64,000 bases of DNA from contig NW_027140453.1 in NCBI RefSeq assembly GCF_036365525.1, positions 372,001 to 436,000 of the forward strand, in the 5' to 3' direction. A model generated the notes under the pieces. That model did not search any database. It had not been told where the DNA came from and saw only the letters and a list, made by a program, of their open reading frames with translations. This document shows positions 24,667 to 35,520 of this stretch, one piece after another (position 1 is the stretch's first letter; each line of letters begins with the position of its first letter). The translations under genes were made by a program, and so were the position numbers. Origin of the DNA: Heterodontus francisci. Lineage: Eukaryota.

Positions 24667-26307
24667 CACGGTGATAGACACTCATACAAAAAAGAACGCG
24701 AATTTTGCAAGGCCCTGCCTCTGAAAAGACTCCCGAGGGCTTCACTTGGTGAAGTCAGTTGAGATTGAGCTGCTGAAAGTTTTTTAGTCCTTTGGACCAA
24801 AATTAAAGGCCGTTCATTCCGTCTCAAAACTGTTAGCAGGAACAGGAGGTGGCCATTCCGCCCCTTCTCAGCCTGCTACACAGGTGCAGCAAGAGGCCAT
24901 TCAACCCCTCTAGACCTTGTTACACAGGAAGAAGAGGAGGCCCATTCAGCCCCTCTTGAGCTGCTTACACAGTAACAGGCCCATTCATCCACTCAAGCCT
25001 CCTTCCTTTCCTCTACTTCCTTCCTTCCTTCCTTCCTTCCTTCCTTCCTTTCCGTCCTTCTGTCCTTCCTCCCTTCCTTCCTTTCATGGTTTTTTTTCTT
25101 GCTTGCTTTCTCTCTTGCTTTCTCTCTCTCCATTCCATCTCTCTGTTGCACCCCTTCTCCCCTTCACCCTCCCCCATCCCTTACCCGCTTCATGATCCGC
25201 ATTCTCTCTTCGACAACCTGCAGGACCTCAGGACATACCGGCCACGGGACCTCAAACAGAAGCCACTTACTCTAGACAGTAAATCGTTCACACTGTTATC
25301 TCTTATCTTATCACTCAGAGAGACCCATATCTGCCAAACTAGTGCAAGTTTCCCAGGTGTCGTGTTGATGTGTGCGGTGCTGTTATCATTCCTGCAGATC
25401 TCATAGCACACCAACCCCCATCGCCATGCACCTGACATGAGGGAGAAAGGAATAGAAGTTTAGATGGAGTAGGGTGGGGGTGGGGAGAGGAGGCTCGTGT
25501 TCAGTATCACCACTGGCTTCATGACACATTTCTGGGGGGATTTGAGCAAATTTTGAAAATGAATAATCCGCCCTCTGAGAAAATGGGTCAAAAAAGGAAC
25601 TCCTTCCTTAACAACACTGTGGAAATACCTAAAACACATTGAACGCAGGCGTGACGCTAGCAAAATGATAATGTTGCTGGGCTAGTAATCCAGCAGCCCG
25701 GGTTAGTGTTCTGGTTGTGTGAATTCAAATGGCCGCAGATGGAATTTAAATTCAGCTGATTCATAAAAATCTGTCAGGGTGCCATGAAACTGTCGTCGAT
25801 TGTCATAAAAACCCATCTACCATCTTATATGGGACTCCAAACCTGCAGCATGCAGTTGACTGTTAACTGCCCTCTGAAATTGCAAAGCACTCAGTTCAAG
25901 GGCAATTAGGGATGGGCAACAAATGTTGGCCTTGCCATCGGTGCCCACATCCCATGACAAGAATAAAAACATGGCCTAACAAACCACTCAGAAGGCAATT
26001 ATGGGTGGGCAATAAATGCATCCCAGCACGAATTAACAATGACTTTTCCTGTTCATTTTTGTCTGTATTTTGCTCCCCATCTGTGTCTCTCTGTATATGG
26101 TTGCCTCCCTAGCCTTCTTCCACTCTCCACCTCGCCTTTCCTCTATGTTTAATTGTTTTAACCTTTGCTTCTTTACTGCAATGCTTACGGTTTATTTTTA
26201 CAAATTTCATGTTCTCTCCCCTTTCTTCAAACGGAAGGGAGCAAACTGCCCAACAGTTTCAGTGCTGATTGAGCCCACTGATATATTTCGACCAATATTC
26301 TACTCAC

Positions 26308-26365
26308 CCAGGACCGTTAACTTCGTGACATCTCCAAAATATGATGGATGGTTACTTCCTGCTCC
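26308..26365 (-). pseudogene. TRBJ: TRBJ (D1 cluster), nonamer deleted
   Basis: GAGSNHPSYFGDVTKLTVL|gtgagt. Heptamer CACATCA is intact but the ACAAAAAC present in the paralog at 20712 is deleted. Confidence 0.85.
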
Positions 26366-26886
26366 CACATCACCATGTCACAACATTCCTCAATAGCGTC
26401 CTGCTAATTTGCATTGTCCCGATCATTAATATTTGATATGGGCCTTTGAGTGACACAGGCCAAAGTAAACTCATAAACTAACCAGGGTGTTTGGCAATTA
26501 AAACTCGCAACATTCCCAAAACTGGCTCTCCATCAATGTATGGACCAGTTAGTCAGATGTCCACAGAAACAGCTCTGACAATACTGGACAATTTTACTTG
26601 GAGTTCGTCATAATTATTAAGTAAGTTGTGCATGCAGGATGGGGACCGAATAGTTCAGTTAGCTGGATGGCTCACGTGTGATTCAGAGCAATGTCAACAG
26701 CAGGGGTTCAGTTATCGTCTTGGTCAAACTAAAGTAACGGGAAACCGCCTTACCTACCTTTTTCCCTTGTCATTCTCATCTCTCCTGCTGGAGAAAAGGA
26801 GCAGAGAGCCATGGACGGAACATCTGCATGGCACAGGCAATATGAACCCAGCCATCCTGGCTTAATCGTATAAACATCTAACTCAC

Positions 26887-26937
26887 CCAAAACTGTTAGA
26901 GTCCAGCCTTCCCCAAAATGCTGGGTGTTCCCGCCTA
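26887..26937 (-). CDS. TRBJ: TRBJ (D1 cluster)
   Basis: GGNTQHFGEGWTLTVL|gtgagt; RSS CACTATA-12-ACCAAAACA, identical to the RSS at 21303. Confidence 0.87.
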
Positions 26938-27096
26938 CACTATACTAAACAACAGTACCAAAACACAGCGTTGGGTAGACAGGTACAGTCTCAAACAAGT
27001 AATGTATCGATATCTAAACACATAGATGGATGCACAGATACATTGTGGATCGATCGAACAATGGATATTTGCACATTTATGTAGATGGGATATTAC

Positions 27097-27138
27097 CTAA
27101 AACTTAGATCCAGTTCCGAAGTATTAATATCAGCAGAG
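27097..27138 (-). pseudogene. TRBJ: TRBJ pseudogene (D1 cluster)
   Basis: Decayed paralog of J 21458: internal deletions around YFGTG and heptamer mutated to CAAAAG; donor retained. Confidence 0.8.
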
Positions 27139-29353
27139 CAAAAGCTAAATCCCTGAATAAAACCTCTCACCTCTCTGTGGTTCTATCCCAAGAGAGCCTT
27201 TCACAACAATGGAGAACCTACAAGTACAGGAATATTGGCTGACAGCAGCACGAGAGCATAAATTGACCGTTCAGCCCTTCGAGTGGGATCCGACATGCAA
27301 AAAGATCATGTATCTCAGTATCATCAAGGTGGATGGAAAGAAAGGTGCAGAGCTGAGTGGTTAAGTGCACAGCTCTCAATGGTGGATTGATGGAAATTGG
27401 ACAGTCCAGAATTTCAGGATCACAAAGATCTCGGAGAGTTGTAGAGGCTGGAGGAGGTTACAGAGATAGGAAGGGTTGCAGGGGCTGGAGGAGGTTACTG
27501 AGATAGGAAGGGATGTAGGGGCATGGAGGAGGTTATAGACATAGAGAGGGTTGTCAGGACTGGAGGTGGTTACAGACATAGAGAGGGTTGTAAGGGGGCT
27601 GGAGGATGTTGAGGCGCTTTTTAAAAACTCCTTCATGGGATGTGGGCGTCGCTGACAAGGCCAGCATTTGTTACCCATCCCTAGTTGCCCTTGACAACTG
27701 CGTGGCTATTTCAGAAAGCAGTTACGAGTAAAGCAAAATAGTTAATAGGTAGAATGAGGTAGAAGTCGTGTTTCAGCTATACAAAGCCCTGGTTACAGCA
27801 CATCTGGAGTTCCTCTGAGCATTTGTGGGCACCAGACATTAGGAAGGATATGCTGGTCTTGGGGGAAGTGTAGTGTAGATTAAACAGACTGATACTTGGA
27901 CGCCAAGGGTTAAATTGCAAGGAAAGATTACACATTTCCTATTCTTTGGAAAAGAGAAGGTTAAAGGGTGGTTTGAGCAAAGTTTTCAAGATATTAAGGG
28001 GAATGCATGATGTAGATAGAGAGAAACGATCTCCATTAGTTGTGCAGTCTAGATCTACGGGACAGAGTTTAAGAATTAGAGCCAGAACTTTTCAGGCATA
28101 AAATTAGAAAACATCTTTTCACATAAAGGATGGTAGAAGTTTGGAACTCTCTTCTGCTGGAACAATTGTCAATTTTAAATCTCAAATTGATAGATTTTTG
28201 TTAACCACAGCTATTAAGGGATTATGGGGCAATGGGGGTAGATAGAGTTAGGTCACAGATCAGTCATGATCGCATTGATTGGCAGAACAGACTCGAGGGG
28301 CCGAATGGCCTACTCCTGCTCCTGTGTACCGATGATCCTATGTTCCTGTAACTTTTATTTAAACATAGAGTCAGCATTCTGCTTCAGTTAGAGTGTCCCA
28401 AATTCTGACAACTCTGAGTGAAAAGGAATCTAGTAATTGTCCTTGTAGATCTTTTGTCAATGATTTTAAATATCTGACCTTTGTTTATTGACCCATCCAC
28501 CAGTGGAAATAATTTCCCCTTCAAGTATTTATCCAGTCCCCCTTTTGAAAGTTACTGTTGAGTCTGTTTCCACACCCTTTCAGGCAGCGCATTCCAGATA
28601 ACAACACACCGCATAATTGTTTTATTCATCATATCACCCCTGTTTATTTCGTCAATTACCTTAACTCTGTGTCCTTTGCTTACCAACGAGCATTGGAAAT
28701 TGTTTCTGAGCACGTACTGTGTCCAAAGCCTTCATTGCTTTGGACACCTCTGCCAAATCCCCCCTTAACTTTCTCTGCTCTAGTCTCTAGACGCAACTGA
28801 AGCCCCTCATCACTGGAACCAGTCGTATAAATCATTCGTGCAACCGCTCGAAGGCCTTGACATCCATCCTAACATGTGACACTCACAATTCTCCAGCTGG
28901 GACCCAACCAGCGATTCATCGAGGTTCAGCTTAACTCCCTTGCTCAACTCCTCGTCAATCCTTCATCAACGAAGGTGCTTTCCAGCTTCCTCAACTCTTC
29001 ATTCTAAATCTCTTGATCGTCACGTATTTGTCCCTGTCCCTCACTCCTATCATCAACTCGTATTACGCCAATTTAGCCACATTAGGGACTGGATTAGACC
29101 ATTCAACCTCTGATATCCAAGGTACTCATCACATGTCGATTTCCACATGCATAATACGTCTCTCGTTCATTTCAGGAAATATTCCATATGGGGCTCGGAA
29201 GTAATGCATGGAGTCTGAACACGAATACAAGGTGTATGTTTATATATAAGGTCCTCAGATCCACAACTAGGTTTGAATAATTTTAAATTGCAACCAGACA
29301 TCCCTCTGATTCCACTTTCCTTTAAAGAGCTAATTCGATTCTATCTCACTTAC

Positions 29354-29405
29354 CTAAAACCATGAGTTTTGAACTGCCCCCAAAAGTATAACCATCGTTG
29401 CCTGA
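29354..29405 (-). pseudogene. TRBJ: TRBJ (D1 cluster), defective RSS
   Basis: SGNDGYTFGGSSKLMVL|gtaagt; heptamer CGCAATG has lost the essential CAC. Confidence 0.83.
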
Positions 29406-30146
29406 CGCAATGTTATACTGTTGGAACACAACTTGCGTTTCTTCAACTCGATACACAATAGTTAATGAACATAGTTGGAACATTTTGTATTGTGTTATAT
29501 TCATTATTCCACCCTATTGCTCTTTATCTTACATTCTGCTGCAATAGATCTCCTCGTCTCTGTCTCTTTTTTATTGTTTTAAATCTAATTTCCCATCTCC
29601 CTCCAGTTCTGTCTGCTGTTTTCTCTCCATCTGGAGTTAAGAAGAATGGGAGATGATCTTCTGGGAAATTCTAAGATTCTGAGGGCGCTTGACAGGGTAA
29701 AGGCTGAGAGAATGTTCCCATGTAGAATTAAAGGGCGCAGTTTCAGAATGAGGGGTCGCTCATTTAGGACGGAGTGGAGGAGGAATTTCTTCTATCAGGG
29801 AGTCGTGAATCTTTGGAATTCCCTCCTCCACAGCCCTGTGGAGACTGAGTCCGTGAATGCATTCAAGACTGAGATAGAGAGCGGAGCCAAGGATTATGGA
29901 GAACAGGTAGGAAAGAGGGATCGAGGCCAACATCAGATCAGCCATGATCTCTGGTTGCAAATTCCTCTCTCACCAGCCCTCCTCCAATCTCCTACATTTA
30001 GCTATTTACATTCTTGCTTCTTCAATGCAATGCTTACTCTTTTGCCTGTTTTCACATTCTCTCTCCTTTCTTTAAATTGAAGAGAGTAAACTAGTCGACG
30101 TTTTCAATGCTAGTAAGAGACGTATTTTGACTAACATCTCACTTAC

Positions 30147-30204
30147 CCTGGACAGTTAATTTAGTGCCATCTCCAAAATACATAGGTTGAATACCCCCTG
30201 CTCC
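30147..30204 (-). CDS. TRBJ: TRBJ (D1 cluster)
   Basis: GAGGIQPMYFGDGTKLTVQ|gtaagt; RSS CACATCA-12-ACAAAAACA. Confidence 0.92.
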
Positions 30205-30548
30205 CACATCATCACCTCACATCACAAAAACATTCCCCAACTCTCTTCTGGAAGAAAAGAAACTCACTGGGCCATTCCTTAATATTTGATAGTGGCCTCT
30301 GGTTAACGCAAGCTAACTGTAAGTTAATGTAAACTCGTGGACTAACCAGGCAGTTTGCAGTTATAACTAACAGAATTCCCAAGACTGTCTGCCCCGTCTA
30401 TATGTGGACCTGTTCATCAGTTATCCACCGTGGCAATCCTGACAATAGGAGATTTTCTCTAAGTCCCTCACAATTATTCATTCAATCCTTCTTGCAAGAT
30501 GTTTACAGGTGACCCTTGCTTCACTGAAAACAAAGAAACTGAACTCAC

Positions 30549-30605
30549 CCAAAATCGTCAACGTGGACACGTCCCCAAAATGTAGCAGGTTGGTATACCC
30601 GCCCG
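30549..30605 (-). CDS. TRBJ: TRBJ (D1 cluster), FGDV variant
   Basis: GGYTNLLHFGDVSTLTIL|gtgagt; RSS CACTGCA-12-ACCAAAATA. Confidence 0.85.
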
Positions 30606-30820
30606 CACTGCACGAAACAACAATACCAAAATACAACGATGGGTAGACTGATGTCTTGACAAACAAATAGATAGATAGGTGGACAAACAGACAGACAGAT
30701 GGATCCACAGTCCAACAAATAGATAGGTACATTGATAGATAGATAGATAAATAGGTAGACTTACAGATGAAAAGATGTATTTACATATATAAATATCTAC
30801 ATGTGCAAACATAATCTTAC

Positions 30821-30870
30821 CTAAAACAGTGAGTTTAGTCCCAGCTCCGAAATAATAAATGTCACCAGAG
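30821..30870 (-). CDS. TRBJ: TRBJ (D1 cluster)
   Basis: SGDIYYFGAGTKLTVL|gtaaga; RSS CACAATG-12-ATTAAAACA. Confidence 0.94.
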
Positions 30871-32376
30871 CACAATGATAAACTCATGTATTAAAACATC
30901 ACCTGTCTTTGAGTCCTTTACCGAAGGAGCCCCACATAATAAGGGAGAACCTACAAGTATAAGGAAATTTTGTCCAAAGGAACATAGCAACTGGGGAACA
31001 GGAGTTGACCATTCAGCCCTTCGTGCTTATTCCGACATTTAATTAGATTATAAATCATTTGTACCATAACCCCATCGACCTGCCTTCCTGGTTCCATAAC
31101 CTTTAGCATCTTTGCCGATCAAAAAATAATCAACCACACATTTGAAATTTTCGACTGACTCCCTCAGCTTTCTGTGGGAGAGATTTCTGGATTCCACGGG
31201 GCATTTTGTAAACAGGTCCTTCTTGACATCACTCCTGAATGGTCAAGCTATCAGTTTAAGGTTTTGCTCTCTTGTTCTGGACCCGTCACACCAGAGGAAA
31301 TATCAGATCCTATCATTATCTTAAACACATCAATTGGATCACTCCTGAATCTCAAATTCTCAATTTACTGCAATCCTACTTTAAACAACACATCGTCATA
31401 AATTAAACTCTTTTAATCCCGGTATTATCCTGGTGAATGAGGAAAGCTCATGGGGCCCTTGACACCTCATTGTCCACTGGATATGGGTAGCTCACCAGTT
31501 CGATTAGTAACTTGAAAATAGTGTGTCTCAAAATGGTTTCATCCATTGCCGCTCGAGGCCAAGAGGGAATATTTCGAATTGCGTAGAATTTACAACACAC
31601 AAACAGGCCAAGCCCATCTGCTCCATACCAGTGTTTACACTCCACTTGAGACTCCTCTCATCCCCTTCATTTAATCCAATTTTTTTTATCCAATCTACTT
31701 TTTTAAACCCACTCCTTGTGGTAGTGAGTTCCACATTCGCACCACTGTCTGGGTAAAGAAATTTCTCCTGAATTCCCCATTGAATTTATTGCTGACTATC
31801 TGACATTTATGCTCTCCCCGTTCTGGTCTCCCCACAAGTGGAAAAAACTTCGGTGTGTCTACCTTGTCGAAACCCCTTTCAAAATCGTACAGACCTCTAC
31901 CAGGACACCCCTCAAACTTCACTGCTCTCGAGAAAGGAGTTCCAGTCTGTCCGACCTTCCCCAATAGTTATAACTTCCCAGTTTGGGCAGCACAGCTGTT
32001 AATCTGTTTTGATTTTCCTTTTCCAGAGCCTCTACATCATTTATTTTATAATATGCAGACCAGAACTGCATACCGAACGATGCAATTGGACATTTTTCGT
32101 TCTATGTCTGTGTCCTCATATTCTTCTCTCACAAGTGCAATCATTCTATTTGTATCTACATTGCTGTTTGTTCTGTTTCTTTTACAGACCCTCCCTTCTG
32201 TATCCACTCAAACCCCTTCCCTACAGTGAAACAAATTCGGCAGTTGTAGATCTCCCCTTGTAACCTGAACAGACGAAAGAAATTCACCAAATTTCTATAT
32301 TTTCACTCTTTCGACCACCCCACGTGAATTCCCAAATTGAATCAACTTTTCCAGTATTAGGAATGCATTCACTCAC

Positions 32377-32426
32377 CTAAAACAACCAGTTTGGTCCCAT
32401 CTCCGAAATATGCTTCGCTATTGGAG
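32377..32426 (-). CDS. TRBJ: TRBJ (D1 cluster)
   Basis: SNSEAYFGDGTKLVVL|gtgagt; RSS CACACTG-12-CACAAAATC. Confidence 0.94.
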
Positions 32427-33039
32427 CACACTGATATGGGGCTGTCACAAAATCCCCCTCAATCCCCTTAGATTGTTAAATCTGTTCCATTGAAGTTCCT
32501 ATTATGTCAATGACTGTTAAGGTCGTAGGAACATGGGGACAGGAGGTGGCCATTCAGCTCTTCGAGCCTGTTCCACCATTCAATCAGATCAGGGTTGATC
32601 TGAATCTTAACTCCCGCCTTGGTTCTGTAACCTTCGATACGCAATACTCTATCAATCTTGGATTTGAATTTATCAATTGATCCCCAGTCTCAGCAGATTG
32701 TTTTTTATGGGGTGGGGGTGGAATCCATCATTTCCACTACCCTTTGTGTGAAGAAGTGCTTCCTGATATCATCCCTGAAAGGCAATAATTTAAACTATTC
32801 TGAGCTCCCCCCAACCTGAGGAAGCAGTTTCTCTTTCTATCTATCCAACACCTCAAAACACCTCCATTATATCAGACCTTAATGTTCTAGATTCGAGGGA
32901 TTATCAGCTTCGTCTGAGTAACCATTCCTCATGAGTTAACCCTTTTATGTAGCTAATATCTGAACATTACTCCTGGTGATTTTTTAACTAGACATAGAGT
33001 CTGATCGATAGGAGGAACAGAAATACACAGTCGCCTTAC

Positions 33040-33087
33040 CCAACACTGTCAACTTGGTCCCATCGCCGAAGTAAGCTATCTCTGCTG
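33040..33087 (-). CDS. TRBJ: TRBJ (D1 cluster)
   Basis: AEIAYFGDGTKLTVL|gtaagg; RSS CACGATG-12-TCATGAACA. Confidence 0.92.
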
Positions 33088-33328
33088 CACGATGCTCTAA
33101 ACTCAGTCATGAACAGACCCGGGAGATGTTCCCCTTGGAACTGAACGAGACAGGACGGGGTGGTTTACAGGCGAGGGTCATATTGGACTGGTCTTTGCAA
33201 ACCAGAAAGAAGGGCCATTGTCATCAGCCTGACTTTTTAAACCGCCCGCGGAGGGTTGGGGGGAGCAAGCTTGGAATGCAAACAGCTGGACATGACGGGA
33301 GTGGGAAAAAAACGTCCCTTTTTCTTAC

Positions 33329-33379
33329 CTAACACCGTCAGTTTGGTGCCGGTCCCGAAGTTGAGTGGTGCGTTGTTAG
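33329..33379 (-). CDS. TRBJ: TRBJ (first J of D1 cluster)
   Basis: NNAPLNFGTGTKLTVL|gtaaga; RSS CACGTCA-12-ACATCAACC. Confidence 0.93.
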
Positions 33380-33904
33380 CACGTCAGCAGATCTCGTTAC
33401 ATCAACCCGGTCGGAAACTGATTGCTAAAAGTGACCTGCTCAGCATTTCGGAAGCACTGGTCAAGATTATCAGGACGCACAAAGCAGCTTACAGCCAATG
33501 AAGCAGTTTGTTTATGAAGTGGTCACCACTGGGAGACGCAGCAACTGATATTGTACCAAGAAATTCCCATCAAACAACCGTGAGATTAATGAGCAGATCA
33601 TTGTTTGTGATGTTGGTTGAGGGATCAATATTGGTCCCAGGACACCAGGGTGGGGTTTAAAGGTAAAAGAGTAACCAGTTTCCACACAAATGACACACAG
33701 TTATTCTCTTTTCCAGAGGAATATTCTAGCTTATAAGGCTGGACCATTCTGAGACATCTTTATGATGAAAAGGGCCCAGTTCCCGCCATAATCCTGGGCC
33801 ATGTTGACTCGTTCACTCTGTTGTCACTGCTCTTCTGCTGATCCTCCACCAGGTGTGTAGAGCGAGGTTTTTGTACGGAGGTTGCATTGGATTTTATCAC
33901 CGTG

Positions 33905-33917
33905 TCCCTGTTGTCCC
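33905..33917 (-). CDS. TRBD: TRBD1 (V-proximal D segment)
   Basis: GGGACAACAGGGA flanked by a 5' 12-RSS (33918-33945) and a 3' 23-RSS CACGGTG-23-ACAAAAACC (33866-33904). Confidence 0.97.
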
Positions 33918-34059
33918 CACAGTGATAGACACTCATACAAAAAAGAGGAACGCGAAATTTACAAGTCCCCGCCGCTTAAACGGCTCCCGAGGCTTTCACC
34001 TGGTGACGGCAGTTGAGATTGAGGTGCTGAAATTTAGTTAGACCTTTGTAGCACAATTA

Positions 34060-35520
34060 AAGGCCATTCAGCCCCTCTCAAATCTGTTTCACATGAACAG
34101 GAGGAGGACATTCAGCCCTTCTCCAGTCTGTTACACAGGAACAGGAGGAGGACATTCAACCCCTCTCCAGTCTGTTACACAGGAACAGGAGGAGGACATT
34201 CAGCCCCTCTCCAGTATGTTACACAGGAACAGAAGGAGGACATTCAGCCCTTCTCGAGCCTGCTACACAGGAACAGGAGGGGGACATACAGCCCCAATGC
34301 AGTCTGTTACACAGGAACAGGAGGAGGACATTCAGCACCTCTCCAGTCTGCTACACAGGAACAGGAGGAGGACATTCAGCCCCTGTCGAGCCTGTTACAC
34401 AGGAACAGGAGGAGGACATTCAGCCCCTCTCGAGCCTGTTACACAGGAACAGGAGGAGGATATTCAGCCCCTCTCCAGCCTGCTACACAGGAACAGGGGG
34501 AGGACATTCAGCCCTTCTCCAGTCTGTTACACAGGAACAGGAGGAGGACATTCAACCCCTCTCCAGTCTGTTACACAGGAACAGGAGGAGGACATTCAGC
34601 CCCTCTCCAGTATGTTACACAGGAACAGAAGGAGGACATTCAGCCCTTCTCGAGCCTGCTACACAGGAACAGGAGGGGGACATACAGCCCCAATGCAGTC
34701 TGTTACACAGGAACAGGAGGAGGACATTCAGCACCTCTCCAGTCTGCTACACAGGAACAGGAGGAGGACATTCAGCCCCTGTCGAGCCTGTTACACAGGA
34801 ACAGGAGGAGGACATTCAGCCCCTCTCGAGCCTGTTACACAGGAACAGGAGGAGGATATTCAGCCCCACTCCAGCCTGCTGCACAGGAACAGGGGGAGGA
34901 CATTCAGCCCCTCTCCAGTCTGTTACAAAAGAACAGGAGGAGGACATTCAACCCCTCTCCAGTCTGTTACACAGGAACAGGAGGAGGACATTCAACCCCT
35001 CTCCAGTGTGTTACACAGGAACAGAAGGAGGACATTCAGCCCCTCTCGAGCCTGTTACACAGGAACAGGAGGAGGACATTCAGCCCCTCTCGAGCCTGTT
35101 ACACAGGAACAGGAGGAGGACATTCAGCCCCTATCCAGTCTGTTACACAGGAAAAGGAGGAGGACTTTCAGCCCCTCTCGAGCTTGTTACACAGGAAAAG
35201 GAGGAGGACTTTCAGCCCCTCTCCAGTCTGTTACACATGACCGGGAGGAGGACATTCAGCCCCTCTCCAGTCTATTACACAGGAACAGGAGGAGGACATT
35301 CAGCCCCACTAGAGCCTGTTACACAGAAACAGGAGGAGGCCATTCAGCCCCTCTCCAGTCTGTTACACGGGAACAGCAGGAGGACATTCAGCCCCTCTCG
35401 AGTCTGTTACACAGGAACAGGAGCGGGACAATCAGGCCCTTTGCAGTCTGTTACACAGGAACAGGAGGAGGACATTCAGCCCCTCTTGAATCTGTTACAC
35501 CGGAACAGGAGGAGGACATT
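34060..35520 (+). repeat. 44-bp minisatellite upstream of D1
   Basis: Unit AGGAACAGGAGGAGGACATTCAGCCCCTCTCCAGTCTGTTACAC, about 33 copies, running into an N gap; 396-bp higher-order repeat. Confidence 0.95.
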
